Of a DNA stretch of 45,927 nt, positions 24,608-36,254 are shown one piece after another. Position 1 is the first letter of the stretch. Every line of letters begins with the position of its first letter. The notes under the pieces were generated by a model. The model had not been told where the DNA came from. It saw nothing but the letters and a program-made list of their open reading frames with translations, and made no database searches. Position numbers and translations under genes: made by a program. This DNA is from Octopus bimaculoides (taxonomy: Eukaryota), in assembly GCF_001194135.2 (NCBI RefSeq), contig NC_068991.1, positions 24,924,160 through 24,970,086 on the forward strand, read 5' to 3'.

Positions 24608-24830
24608 CATCATCATCATCATTTAATGTCTGTTTTCCATGCTGATATGGGCTGAACGGTACCAACAGAGCTTGTAAGACCAGGGGTCAAACCAGTCTCC
24701 ATTGTCTGTTCTAGCATGGTTTCTATGGTTGGATACCCTTTCTTACACCAACCACTCCACAGAGTGTACTGGTTGGTTTTTATGTGGTACCAGCATCAGT
24801 AGCAACTCTGTTGTAGTGGATAGGTCTTCT
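24608..24830 (-). mobile_element. LINE/SINE 3' tail fragment
   Basis: catcatcatcatttaatgtc...ggataccctttcttacaccaaccac...gtggataggtcttcttgag. Confidence 0.65.
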
Positions 24831-24831
24831 T

Positions 24832-24908
<77 letters not shown>

Positions 24909-24949
24909 TATATGTATATTATATATATGAGTGTGTGTATGATATACCA

Positions 24950-25095
24950 TGGGATTTTACCAGTTTCTATGTCAGCAATCAAACTTATAAGGCTTTGATT
25001 AACCCGGGATTATAGTAGAAGACATATCCAAGGTGTCATTTAGTGGGACTGAACCTGAAACAATGTTGTTCGAAAGCAAATTTCTTATGAACACA
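24950..25095 (-). mobile_element. SINE family 1 head
   Basis: cagtttctatgtcagcaatcaaac...agtagaagacatatccaaggtgtc...gtgggactgaacctgaaac. Confidence 0.65.
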
Positions 25096-26132
25096 GGTAT
25101 GGCGATATATAATGCTGATTTACAGCATCATATATAGAAATGGACACACACTAGTTGGGAGAGCTAATGTCAAACAATGACACTATATGATTAAGTTGCC
25201 CTACTGGAACTGGAAGAAAGGTAAAGCTGAGTTTGGTTATTCAGTATTCTACCATTTCTGTAACTCTGTCACCTTTATTCTCTTTGCTACCTTCAAATTT
25301 TTCAAATATAATTTATCAATGTAATGACCAAAGAAATTTTAATGAAGTGTGATTCATTAAAGACGAGGCTCTGTTGTAAGCATCAAGACCAGGCCTCTAA
25401 ATTTCTGTGACCTATCCTTACACTATTCCCATATATTAATGGTGTCAATCTAACTAGTCTCAGGGAGCTAGCAAGAATCATAGGCTTTGCTCTTTCCTTC
25501 AGATTCAGTAAATGATTATAAAAAAGAGGACTGTTATGTATGTATTCTTTGACACAGACCTGCCTGTGTGTAATATATATAAAATTCTATCAGTTATTTC
25601 ATTATTATATCTGATGTTATTATTTAGCCCTAACTCATCCCACATCAAACCTTTGACCATAGGTATCCCAGCCATGACCATCATGTCATTTTGTATATTG
25701 AGGATTATATTTTCTAATGTTTCTTTTTTTTCTTTTTGATTACGACCAAACTGTATTTGTTTGCTATTTCTAGCAAGTCAAACTATTGTTGTTTGGCTCA
25801 AGTTGGTCTTAATAGAGCTGGTAGCCCAGGCATAGACAAATAGTGTATGTAGGACATTAGCTTATGTGAGAGATGAGATTTGGCTGCTGCTATTTCTAGC
25901 AGGTTGAGTGACTACACACAGGCTTGTTTCTCGTTGGCCTTTGCTCACCCTGTATTTCAGGTTGATTAAGCAATAAAAAGGGTGAAGTGCCAGTATTTAA
26001 TTATGTCCCCCTACATTTTGAATTCAGTATATTCAGATGAACCCAATTACAGTTAATATTGATGCAAAAATTGCTGTGTGGTTAAGAAGTTCCTATTTTT
26101 ATCATTGTCACTGCTTATTATATAAACAGTAT

Positions 26133-26715
26133 TTAACTCTCAAGCATTTATCCAGCCATAGCTGGCCTAAATATTCTACCTGTTTTATGTTCAAACTGGC
26201 TGGGTCTGGTCTCTCACACCTACCCTGTGATGTCATTTTAAAAATATACAAACACACCATTGAAATTTTGAAGCTAGAAAATAATGCATGATTAATTGAA
26301 AACTATGTGAGCAAGAGCACACAGAGAGCACAAACCTCTGCCATGGCAACACCAACGTCCTCTCAATGATTAGCCGGAGATGATTTTTAAAATGAGAATA
26401 TCTGAAATGAACTCAACTGCTCTCACTAACAAGAATACTAAAAATGAACCTGACTGCTCTCAAAAATTTAGTAAAAACAGGAAAAGTAATCCAGAATCCG
26501 GTACCAGATTGATCCCAAAATTTAATCAGTTTGTGCCAGTCACAAGGCCAAACATCCCTGAAAGTTTCATCTGAATCTATCCAGTGGTTCTTGAGATATT
26601 TTGTCCATGGACAAACAAACAAATACGACTGAAAACAATACCCCCGCCTTCATTATGGTGGAGGTAATAAATAAGTAATACATTTGACAAAGAAATCTGA
26701 ATGTTAAAGGGTTAC
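26133..26715. mobile_element. piggyBac-type MITE family A interrupted by a Helentron-like element
   Basis: Starts ttaactctcaagcattta and ends gaatgttaaagggttac. Host sequence resumes seamlessly at tatgtga|ataaataag. Confidence 0.7.
26311..26666 (+). mobile_element. Non-autonomous Helentron-associated (HINE/DINE-1-like) element
   Basis: Subterminal inverted motifs acctctgcc (5') and ggtggaggt (3'), 3' stem-loop acccccgcc-ttcattat-ggtggaggt, short (caaa)n core, insertion between A and A (TT on minus strand), no TSD. Confidence 0.6.
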
Positions 26716-26909
26716 ACAAATCAAAACACAAACACTATAGTTGCAGGCATGGCTATATAGTTAAAAAGAATTTGCTTTGCAACCATGTGGCTTTAGTTTC
26801 AATCCCACTACATGGCATCTATAGCCTGAGGCAGACCAATGCTGTGGGAATGAAATTGTTAGGGTATTTGAGGTGGTACCTCTGTGTGGTCTCAGTCCAG
26901 TTGAAGACA

Positions 26910-27345
26910 TTAACCCTTTCATTACCATATTTCAGTAGAAATACACAGACTTTGTTTCCATTAATACTGAAAATAATGAAGAATTTAGTAAAATAATTTT
27001 GATGTCATTAACCCTTTAGCATTCAGATTAGATTATGAAATGTAATGCTTATTTATTCACATAGTTTTGAATTAATCTTACATTATCTCATAGGTTTGAA
27101 ATTTCAATGATGTGACTTTATTTTTAGAATGACATTATAGGATAGGTGTGAGAGGCCAGACTCGACCAGTTTGAACATAAAACAGTAAGAATATTTGGGC
27201 TGGATATGGTTGGTTTAAATGCTAGAGGAACATGCTGGTGGAACATATATTAATATGGGGTTTTGAGAGAAGGTTTTTAAATTAGATCACTTTAAAAAGA
27301 AAGTTTATTTTATAGAACCAGTTACAGTCCCAGACAAGTTAATGT
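26910..27345 (+). mobile_element. piggyBac-type MITE family B containing a family A MITE (27008-27230)
   Basis: Starts TTAACCCTTTCATTACC. The nested TTAACCCTTTAGCATTCAGA begins at an internal TTAA (27008). The flanks resemble the reversed 8650-9682 copy. Confidence 0.65.
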
Positions 27346-28360
27346 TAGAATGATTAACTTCACAACTACTGTCTTCAAATAAATTTGTGCAGTCGAAATG
27401 CTTTCTTTTCTGAATTTTTTCTTTCAGCTATTGATTTTTTTAAATTGATTTTCAAGACTGTATATTTATAGATGAAAGAAATCTTTTAGAATTCCTTTCT
27501 GTATAGATTGAGTTAGATAAGGTATAAACAAAAGACCTCCATTGTTGTTGTTTTGCCCTTGGTAAATTCTGTTTGAATAAATCTATGACTACAGGGCATT
27601 CTAGCTATAAACATCCCAGCTTTTATCTAGACACAGTGTATCTTGACTGACATTATCCTAAGTGTCCTTCCACATTTTTAAGATTGTAGAATGTGATTTG
27701 AGGAAATCTATGGGCTGCTGTTTTTTTTGTCAGGTTGAATAACTACAAATCTCATATTCATTATGTAATGTCGTAATATAGTTTTATTGCATGGTTCTCT
27801 GACTTATGCATATAGTAATATATTATTGTAAATATTTGAAGAACTCGTATTCAAATGGATACCCCCATCCACATATACAAATGAGACTGCATTTATTCTG
27901 GACCTGCTGCAAGTAGCTGTTGATTGTCCTTCAAATTCATACTCTACCATTTTAATGGAGAGCACATTGGAAAGTGTGATCTTGTTTGTACTGATCTGAG
28001 AAAAGAGATAAAAATGTGATGTTCTAGGCCTGCTTAGCATCCACTATTAAAGTCCTTTACTGCAGATATCTGCAGCTGTTGCCAAATCTTAAACCACATG
28101 AAACCCCTATTCGAATTGTGTTGCTTGGAACTAAGAACCCTTTTGTGTTAGGAACAAAGTTTGGCTTCATTTCAGAAAGAACTTTCTTTAACAAAGCTCT
28201 CTATTTGTACTATGTGTGGTTAGGTTTTTGCTTTTTATGAAGTACATTTTTATGGATCATTTTTATCCCTTTGATTTTCAAGTTTAGTGGTGGGGCTTAA
28301 TAATACCTTAAGTGGTCAGTTAGAATTCTGTGATATTATTTATTAATGATTTATTGATAA

Positions 28361-28451
28361 CTAGCAGAAATACCCGGCGTTGCCCGGGTTAAAGAGAATA
28401 ATGAAATCTAAAAACGCCGTCTAGACTACACATCATCTTTATATATAGAGA
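28361..28451 (-). mobile_element. 91-bp mini-Helitron (complete termini) forming the 3' end of the larger element
   Basis: Minus strand: A|TCTCTATATATAAAGATG...ACCCGGGCAACGCCGGGTATTTCTGCTAG|T. Confidence 0.75.
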
Positions 28452-28570
28452 TGTATATACACACACGCACCCAAACACACGTATATATATGTATATCAAT
28501 ATAAATATATGAAAGTCAATGAAGTTTCGTAAAAGAAGGTGATCATGTACATACTTTCTTGCTGTTGTGA

Positions 28571-28713
28571 TTATAACACCTCATTGTAAACTATGTTCCT
28601 TGTTTTCCCTTGTGGAGCATATACAAATAGGTTTTTTGTTGCTGCCCACTCTTGAGCAGCCAACATACAGTTGTCTATGTGAGAAGCAGGGCTCTTCCAA
28701 GAGAAGACCAGCT
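28571..28713 (-). pseudogene. Helitron RepHel PIF1-like helicase C-terminal fragment
   Basis: AGLLLEEPCFSHRQLYVGCSRVGS, then after a frameshift KNLFVYAPQGKTRNIVYNEVL*. Matches the conserved FSHGQLYVAxSRV...TxNIVYxEVL end of Helitron helicases. Confidence 0.9.
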
Positions 28714-30314
28714 ANNNNNNNNNNNNNNNNNNNNNNNNNNNNNNNNNNNNNNNNNNNNNNNNNNNNNNNNNNNNNNNNNNNNNNNNNNNNNNNNNNNNNN
28801 NNNNNNNNNNNNNNNNNNNNNNNNNNNNNNNNNNNNNNNNNNNNNNNNNNNNNNNNNNNNNNNNNNNNNNNNNNNNNNNNNNNNNNNNNNNNNNNNNNNN
28901 NNNNNNNNNNNNNNNNNNNNNNNNNNNNNNNNNNNNNNNNNNNNNNNNNNNNNNNNNNNNNNNNNNNNNNNNNNNNNNNNNNNNNNNNNNNNNNNNNNNN
29001 NNNNNNNNNNNNNNNNNNNNNNNNNNNNNNNNNNNNNNNNNNNNNNNNNNNNNNNNNNNNNNNNNNNNNNNNNNNNNNNNNNNNNNNNNNNNNNNNNNNN
29101 NNNNNNNNNNNNNNNNNNNNNNNNNNNNNNNNNNNNNNNNNNNNNNNNNNNNNNNNNNNNNNNNNNNNNNNNNNNNNNNNNNNNNNNNNNNNNNNNNNNN
29201 NNNNNNNNNNNNNNNNNNNNNNNNNNNNNNNNNNNNNNNNNNNNNNNNNNNNNNNNNNNNNNNNNNNNNNNNNNNNNNNNNNNNNNNNNNNNNNNNNNNN
29301 NNNNNNNNNNNNNNNNNNNNNNNNNNNNNNNNNNNNNNNNNNNNNNNNNNNNNNNNNNNNNNNNNNNNNNNNNNNNNNNNNNNNNNNNNNNNNNNNNNNN
29401 NNNNNNNNNNNNNNNNNNNNNNNNNNNNNNNNNNNNNNNNNNNNNNNNNNNNTTTCTCTCTTTGTGAAAGTATCTGTCACTACAGTATCGAAATGTGATT
29501 GTTTCAGTTAGTGGAATAGTTTCATTTTTAAATTGAAAGTATTTGACATGAGTGTTTTTGTTTCACTTTTGACACGTAATACTTAAATAGTGGAGGAGAT
29601 ATTATGTTGCCGTGTGCTCGAACTCTGCAAGAAGTTAATAATTTTTTTTGACTAAAACACAACTGGAACCCTAAGTAAGGCATGTGTAAAATTTGAATGA
29701 AATTGGTTGCGTAGTTCTCGAGTTTTAGGGATTCACACAGACAGACAGACAGACACACATTCTCATTTTTATATATATAGATTGTTTGTTAATGATTTAG
29801 TTAGGGAATCAACACCCACGAATTAATATCTTGTAAATATATGAAAATACATATAATCAACTAAATTCAACCTACTTTGGTAGGTGAAAGTAACATGACA
29901 ACAGGTAACGATCAACAACAATACAAAACTCACATTCAAAATGTACACCACTTTTGTCATAATGTATCAGCAGATTTTATATTAATTGATGTAATAGTTA
30001 TATTTCTATGATTTTTATATTGGGCTAAGAGGATTTCTTCATACTCTCAAATTTCTGATGCGATTGAGAAATTCTTACAGTGAAATCCCTACAAAAATTT
30101 TAGAATTTAAGAACAACAACAACATTCAGTGATTGTTTTTTTGCTTACTGGGGCCAGCGTAGGAAGGATTTTCAATAATGAAAACTAATTGAATATTTTC
30201 AAGGTAACATTTCAGTATTTTTATTATTGTTATTTTGTTATTTGATGTTTCACCTACATTTCTGCTGTCTTGTATAACACACTGATCATTTGCACATTTC
30301 TGTATATGTTTCAG

Positions 30315-30437
30315 TGGATATGATGGTTATATGCCATCCGAGGAATCTTTCGGATACAGTGATGGGAGGAGAGATGCCTTTCTGAAAGCTGATTCTTTTC
30401 AACATATTGATGCTCCTTACTCAAGGCAAGGATCCAG
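30315..30437 (+). CDS. Internal coding exon (phase 2-2, 123 nt) of an unidentified gene
   Basis: Acceptor tttctgtatatgtttcag and donor CAG|gtgagc. Open frame GYDGYMPSEESFGYSDGRRDAFLKADSFQHIDAPYSRQGS(R). GC-richer than its flanks. Confidence 0.75.
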
Positions 30438-31089
30438 GTGAGCGGCTGTGAAATCTAATTAGTAATATTTCATGTAATTTTTATTTCACCTCTACCAACA
30501 CCACCAACAGATTAAAATTACACATTTCAGCAGAGCATACTTACTTTATTTCTTTTCAAACTTCACACAGTCACTGCATTTAGTAACCATGTCTCATTAG
30601 ACTGCATTCATATACAGGCCTTTTTGTGGTGTATATATGTTTAGTATGATATACAAATGGCTATTTAAATTTAATGTTGTTTCAGTTGTTTTTGTTGAGT
30701 TTTTTTACAGCCTAGCAAGCATTCAGTAATATCAGTGAAAGTGTTATTCACTACTCCTGTGTATCAAAGTGTGAATTCCATTCAAGCATGTGACAAATTG
30801 GTGTATATTATTGATGACCCCCAGGAAAGGCAAAAGCATGTTTAATGCTTCCATTAGTCATTGTTGTGATGATGCTTATTTCACTTTGATATTTGTTGTC
30901 ATTTTAACAGAACATATCTATGAAGAGATTTTCTTTCAGGAAAATAAACTACAGTAGCAGGATGATCATAATTTAAGAGCCGTTTTCCAGTTGTGTGTGT
31001 GTGTGTGTGTGAATGAATGTGTGTATATAAATGTATGTATGTAAAAATATGAGTATGTATGTATACAGACAAACAGATGGATAAACAGA

Positions 31090-31460
31090 TAGATATTGAG
31101 CATAGCTTTGTGATAAGAAATTTGCTTCTCAACCACAAGATTCTGTGTTCAGCTTCATTGCATGGCACCATGTGTCATCATCTACTATAGCTCTGGCCGA
31201 CTAAAGCCTTGTGAGTGGATTTGGTAGATGGAAACTGAAAGAAGCCTGTTATGTGTGTGTGTGTGTGTGTTGTCCCACACCATCACTGGTGTGGGTTTGT
31301 TTACATTCTTATAACTTAGCAGTCCAGCAAAAGAGACCAGTAAATGAGTATCAAACTTAATAGAAATAAGCATTGGGGTCAGTCTGTTTGACTAAGTCCT
31401 TCAAGGTGGTACCCAGTATGGCTACAGAAAAATGACTGAAGCAAGTAAAAGATAAAAAAT
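31090..31460 (+). mobile_element. Near full-length SINE family 1
   Basis: Head catagctttgtgataagaaatttgcttctcaaccac..., internal (GT)n, tail aaatgactgaagcaagtaaaagataaaa. Confidence 0.75.
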
Positions 31461-31529
31461 ATATAGCTGCTACCTTTGTTGGTAACAAAGGGCCTCTTCC
31501 TCAAATTGTATGATGCCTGAATATGAAAA

Positions 31530-32530
31530 GCTAAGCTACATGGCAGTAAGACAGAGGCTGTGACTACTGATGACATGCAAAAGCTTGAAAGAAATAAAGC
31601 TAGTATGCTCCACTGGACGGGTAATGTCAGTGTGCATATACGATAGAGTGTAAGTGATTTGAGAGAAAAAGTTGGGCATATGGGTCATCAGATGTAGTGT
31701 GCAAGAGAGAAGACATGCTGATATGGTTACTTGATGGGTATGGATGTCGACAGCTGCATCAAGAAGTGCCAGTCCTTAATTGTGGAGGGAAGTGTGGAAA
31801 GGGCAGACCTGGGAAGACATGGGATGAAGTGGTGAGAAAGGATCTCCATAGAATGGGCCTCATGGAGGAGATGACAACGGACCAAGACTTTAGGTGGTTT
31901 GCTGTGTTTGAGACGACATGCCAAGCTAAGTAAAATCATTGCTGTCTATGCATACAAGCATATCCTTTACACTCTTCTTGCAACCAAGAAATCCAAGTCT
32001 TGTGGGCTTGTGGGTGCTGGCGCCATGTAAAAGTACCCATGCCTGTGCTTGTACTGGTGTCTCATAAAAGTGCCTTTGCTGGTGCCACATAAAATTGCTT
32101 GTGCCAGTGACATGTAGAAGTGCCCATGCTGGTGCCACATAGAAGTGCCCATGCTGGTGCCACATAGAAGTGCCCATGCTGGTGCCATGTAGAAGTGCCC
32201 ATGCTGGTGTCACATAGAAGTGCCTGTACCAGTTCCACATAGAAGTGTTCATGCTGGTGCCACATAGAAGTGCCTGTGCTGGTGCCACATAGAAGTGCCC
32301 ATGCTGGTACCTTGTAGAAGTGCCCGTGCTGGTGTCACATAGAAGTGCCTGTGCCAGTTCCACATAGAAGTGCTCATGCTGGTGTCATGTAGAAGCATCC
32401 ATGTCAGTGTCTCCTTAAAGCACCCATGCTGATGCCACATAAAAGCAGAAAGACAACTGGGGCCAGGGTAGCCCTCGAGCTGGCAAACTCCTGTTAAACC
32501 GTCCAACCCATGCCAGAATGGACAATGGGC
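31530..32530 (+). mobile_element. RTE LINE 3' end with 3' tail carrying an expanded minisatellite
   Basis: LHGSKTEAVTTDDMQKLERNKASMLHW...GKCGKGRPGKTWDEVVRKDL...TCQAK* (stop 31931-31933), then a tail ending ccaacccatgcc...aagatgaggatg. Confidence 0.8.
32056..32446. repeat. 25-bp minisatellite, 15 full units plus a partial unit, consensus GGTGCCACATAGAAGTGCCCATGCT
   Basis: Contiguous units in exact 25-bp phase with no spacers. Confidence 0.95.
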
Positions 32531-32549
32531 ATTAAAAGATGAGGATGAA

Positions 32550-32920
32550 TTATATTCTTTTACTTGTTTCAGTCATTTGACTGCAGCCATGCTGGGACAC
32601 TGCCTTGAAGGGTTTTAGTCAAACAAATTGACACCAGGACTTATTTTTTTTTTAAAGCCTGGTATTTATTCTATTTGGTTCCTTTTGCTGAACTGCTAAG
32701 TTACGGAGATGTAAACTAACCAACACTTGTAAAGTGGTGATGGCAGGACAGACAGACAGACAGACACACACACACACACACACACACAGATAGATAGATG
32801 ATGGGCTTCTTTCAGTTTATATCTATCAAATCCACTCACAAAGCTTTGGTCAGCCTGATGCTAGAGTAGAAAACACTTACCCAAGGTGCCATGCAGTGAG
32901 ACTGAACCCAGAACCATGTG
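32550..32920 (-). mobile_element. Near full-length SINE family 1 (inverted relative to 31090-31460)
   Basis: ttttacttgtttcagtcatttgactgcagccatgct...ggcttctttcagttt...actgaacccagaaccatgtg. Confidence 0.8.
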
Positions 32921-33132
32921 CGTAAGTTTTTGTAAATGTGTAATATATGTACATATAATTATCATCATCGTTTTAATACCTGCTTTTCCATGCTTGCATG
33001 GGTTGGACAAACTTTATTGAGGTTGATTATCCACAGTTGGATACCTTTCCATTCATCAGAATGCCTCAATTGATCGGTCTTGAGACAAAGAGACGCAAAC
33101 ATATACTCTTACACATACACACACAAACATAT

Positions 33133-33265
33133 ATTTTCAATAGGCTTCTTTCAGTTTCCATCTATCAAATCCTCTCACAAGGCTTTGGTTGTCTTGGAGC
33201 TGTAATAGAAGACACTTTTCCAAGATGACACACAATTAGACTGAACTCAAAACTACATAGCCACA

Positions 33266-33304
<39 letters not shown>

Positions 33305-33496
33305 ATGGAAACACGCACACACACACACACACACACATTTTCAATAGGCTTCTTTCAGTTTCCAACTATCAAATCCTCTCACAAGGCTTTAGTTGTCTTG
33401 GAGCTGTAATAGAAGACACTTTTCCAAGATGACACACAGTGAGACTGAACTCAAAACTACATAGCCACATCTGTGTGTGTGTGTGTGTGTGTGCAT

Positions 33497-33538
<42 letters not shown>
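33133..33538. repeat. Tandem duplication, 204-bp period (minus SINE head plus (TG)n-gcatg-(CA)n)
   Basis: attttcaataggcttctttcag... starts at both 33133 and 33337; the two copies differ by only a few substitutions. Confidence 0.9.
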
Positions 33539-33543
<5 letters not shown>

Positions 33544-33785
33544 GGTAAAAAGAATTATTGAATAGTTTTTAAATAGAATTTGAAAAAGGAATACAGTTTC
33601 AGATGGGTGGGTTACCATACAATGGAAACTGGCAATAGAAACAATAAATAATGCTGTCTTGAGTGCATATATAGTGTGTGTGTGTGTGTGTCTACACATA
33701 CACACACACACTCATACATACACACCTGTACATGCATCCTTTGTAATATTCACTATTGTTGCTAATTCGCTATTCAGAATGCACC

Positions 33786-33827
<42 letters not shown>

Positions 33828-33964
33828 TCTATTATAGGACTACATCCTTTCACCAGACACAGTGACGTAAAGAAACAAAACCTCTGTCATTCTACCCATT
33901 TTTGTTGTTATTACTCCCTCTCCTTTTCAAATGTAGTCACATGGTATTTTTATTTGATGTCTGC

Positions 33965-34140
33965 TTTTCCCTTCCTTCTTTTTCTTTTTCCCTTCCTTTC
34001 TTTCATTTCTTTCTTTCCTTCCTTCCTTCTTTCTTTCTTTCTTTTTTTCTTTCTTTCTCAATCTCTTCCTTCAACCTGTTCCTCTCCTCCTTCTTTTCCT
34101 CTTCATTCCCTCCAACTCATTATTATACTTCTTATTTACA
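33965..34140. repeat. Degenerate (CTTT/CCTT)n pyrimidine tract
   Basis: ttccttctttttctttttcccttcctttctttcatttc... Confidence 0.85.
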
Positions 34141-34421
34141 TTTTCTGACTGTCTTACCTGTTTTTACACCTAGTGAGTCTGCTATTTGTCCAGAGGGAGA
34201 AAAAAAATAATTCAAAGACATAAAAGCTTCACGTACTTACACACGTAAATACAAACTCATAAACACTCACTTATATACACATTTATATATATTCATATAT
34301 ATATATCTTTATATTAAAGTTCCCAGCTTGCTTCATAGATCAACTGACAGTACATACATTATTTTTTTTTTATTCAAAAGAAAACATTTTCCTAACTTCT
34401 TACACTTTGGATTATTGCTAG

Positions 34422-34573
34422 ACACTTCCAACAAAATATGGGTGTTCGTGGACATCAACTGCCTGGAGCGGTTCCTGTGTTACAACCATTAAACAGCAAT
34501 AATTCTTCTTTGAATTTCAGAAATGATTTTGCCTCAAATCCAGCCAGGCCAGTTCCTTATGCACCTTCTGGAG
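34422..34573 (+). CDS. Internal coding exon (phase 2-1, 152 nt) of the same unidentified gene
   Basis: Branch-like cctaac (34391-96), acceptor attattgctag, donor GAG|gtatga. Frame HFQQNMGVRGHQLPGAVPVLQPLNSNNSSLNFRNDFASNPARPVPYAPSG continues exon 30315-30437 in phase (AG+A = Arg). Confidence 0.75.
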
Positions 34574-34761
34574 GTATGACAATTTCAAGTCTCTCTTTGT
34601 TTTCTAACTTTAAAAGTGTTTTTTCTTTTTGCATTCTTTATGCATTTGGTTCTGTTTTTTTCTATTTTTTTCTTTCTATTTCTTTTTTTCTATTTTATTT
34701 TCTCTTCTTAATTTATGTTCATTTATGTATTTCTGAACTTGATATTATTTATATCTCCCAC

Positions 34762-34814
<53 letters not shown>

Positions 34815-35399
34815 TTATACATGTGTACACATGCGTGTGTGTGTGTGTGTGTGAAATTATGACAAACACAAATTTATATAATTTGTTTTCTGCATACATT
34901 TCACTGTTGTGGCTATTTGCAACCATTTCACTGTATCTTTAAAGTGGAATAAGATGCTAGACCTGAATAGATCTTTCAGGGAACACTTTATTGCACTATG
35001 TTACACACATCTTTGTATTTGAGCTAACATAATGCAATAGAGTACATGCCCATGACGATTTGTTGTGGATCAGCATCCAGTTGCACTTTGAACATCCAAT
35101 GCTGACATTACAAATAACCACAAGGCTGAAATCTTGGTGAAGAACAAATGATATAAATTTGTATCCATCATAATTTGTCCTACATTTCCTCTGTATATCG
35201 TAACAGGTAATACTACTGAGTATAGTAATGACCAAACCACCATACTAGTGGCATGCTGGCCGATGATGATCTATGTTGAGGTCTAACTAGGCAGTATCAG
35301 TCATACACCTATATACACACAAGATATGCTATATATACTATATGTATATATATGTATGTGTATGCACATATATATATATATATATCTGTGTGTGTGCGA

Positions 35400-35595
35400 G
35401 TGAGACCTGACTGCCACTTGACAACTGGTGTTGGTTTGTTTACATTCCTGTAACTTAGCAGTTTGGAAAAGAAAACCAATAGAATTAGTACCAGATGTAA
35501 CAAAGTGTATTGCTTTTGATGTGTTTGACTAAAACCTTCAAGGCAGTGCTCCAGCATGGCCGCAGTCGAATGACTGAAGCAGCTAAAAGAATTAT
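35400..35595 (+). mobile_element. SINE family 1, 3' half
   Basis: ttcctgtaacttagcagtttggaaaagaaaaccaatagaat...gtgctccagcatggccgcagtcgaatgactgaagc. Confidence 0.75.
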
Positions 35596-36254
35596 ATATA
35601 TATATGTATATTGGGTGTTTATATGGATATTCATACATATATTTCTGCACACACACATACATATAAGAATTGTATTGTATAAAAGAGTTGTATGTCTCTC
35701 TTTGCAACTACATGGTTACCTAAAACTATTAACAAAACCATGATATATGCTTCTTTATCATCCTCTCTTGTTTACATATTCATACTGTTCTTCTGTCGAA
35801 AGATCAGATAAGACAGAGGTTGGGTTGTGTACGTGATTTTAATCTCTACAAAGAACTATAGTTCAAGGCAATTTCTCATAAGATATGCTTTTCTGTTGCT
35901 GTAGCATAATTTATTAAGGCTACTTGGACACAAACCTGTATACTGATTAAGTGCCTGGAATTTCAAGACCAGTCATTGTTGATATGTATCTGTGAAGATA
36001 AAAACCTTGCATGGACATACACTAATGATCAGTTGATTAAGAGTGTCACTCACTGTTGGTTTAGAGATATAGATTTGTTGTTCAAATCCTCCCTGGGACT
36101 ATGTTATACTATCCATGAGTAAGACACTTGTTGATGATTAGAGATGAAAATACTTGTAATGTAGTTTAGATGTAAATTATTAATTGTCATCTTCATTATT
36201 TTAGATTTGTTTTTCTTGCTATCAATGGCTACAGGTGGGGATCTGTAGGTGCAG

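Larger units (their letters stand above)
28361..29781 (-). mobile_element. Non-autonomous Helitron (spans a 738-N gap)
   Basis: 5' end A|TCTATATATATAAAAATG at 29781. 3' hairpin ACCCGGGCAACGCCGGGT followed by CTAG|T at 28361. Carries a RepHel helicase C-terminus. Continuity across the gap is inferred. Confidence 0.8.

Noticed and set aside
25961-26090. Exon after strong acceptor ctcaccctgtatttcag
   Set aside because: No donor gives a phase compatible with exon 30315 except one lying in a SINE-head-like sequence; frames close early.
32056-32446. CRISPR-like array
   Set aside because: Units are contiguous with no unique spacers, there are no cas genes, and the context is eukaryotic. It is a minisatellite. 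The ORFs over it (31926-32506) are repeat artefacts.
33756-34854. Phe/Leu/Ser-rich ORFs and the 3' extension of ORF 34438-34854
   Set aside because: Products of pyrimidine and (CA)n/(TA)n tracts. Only 34422-34573 is exon-like; the ORF runs past a good donor into intron.
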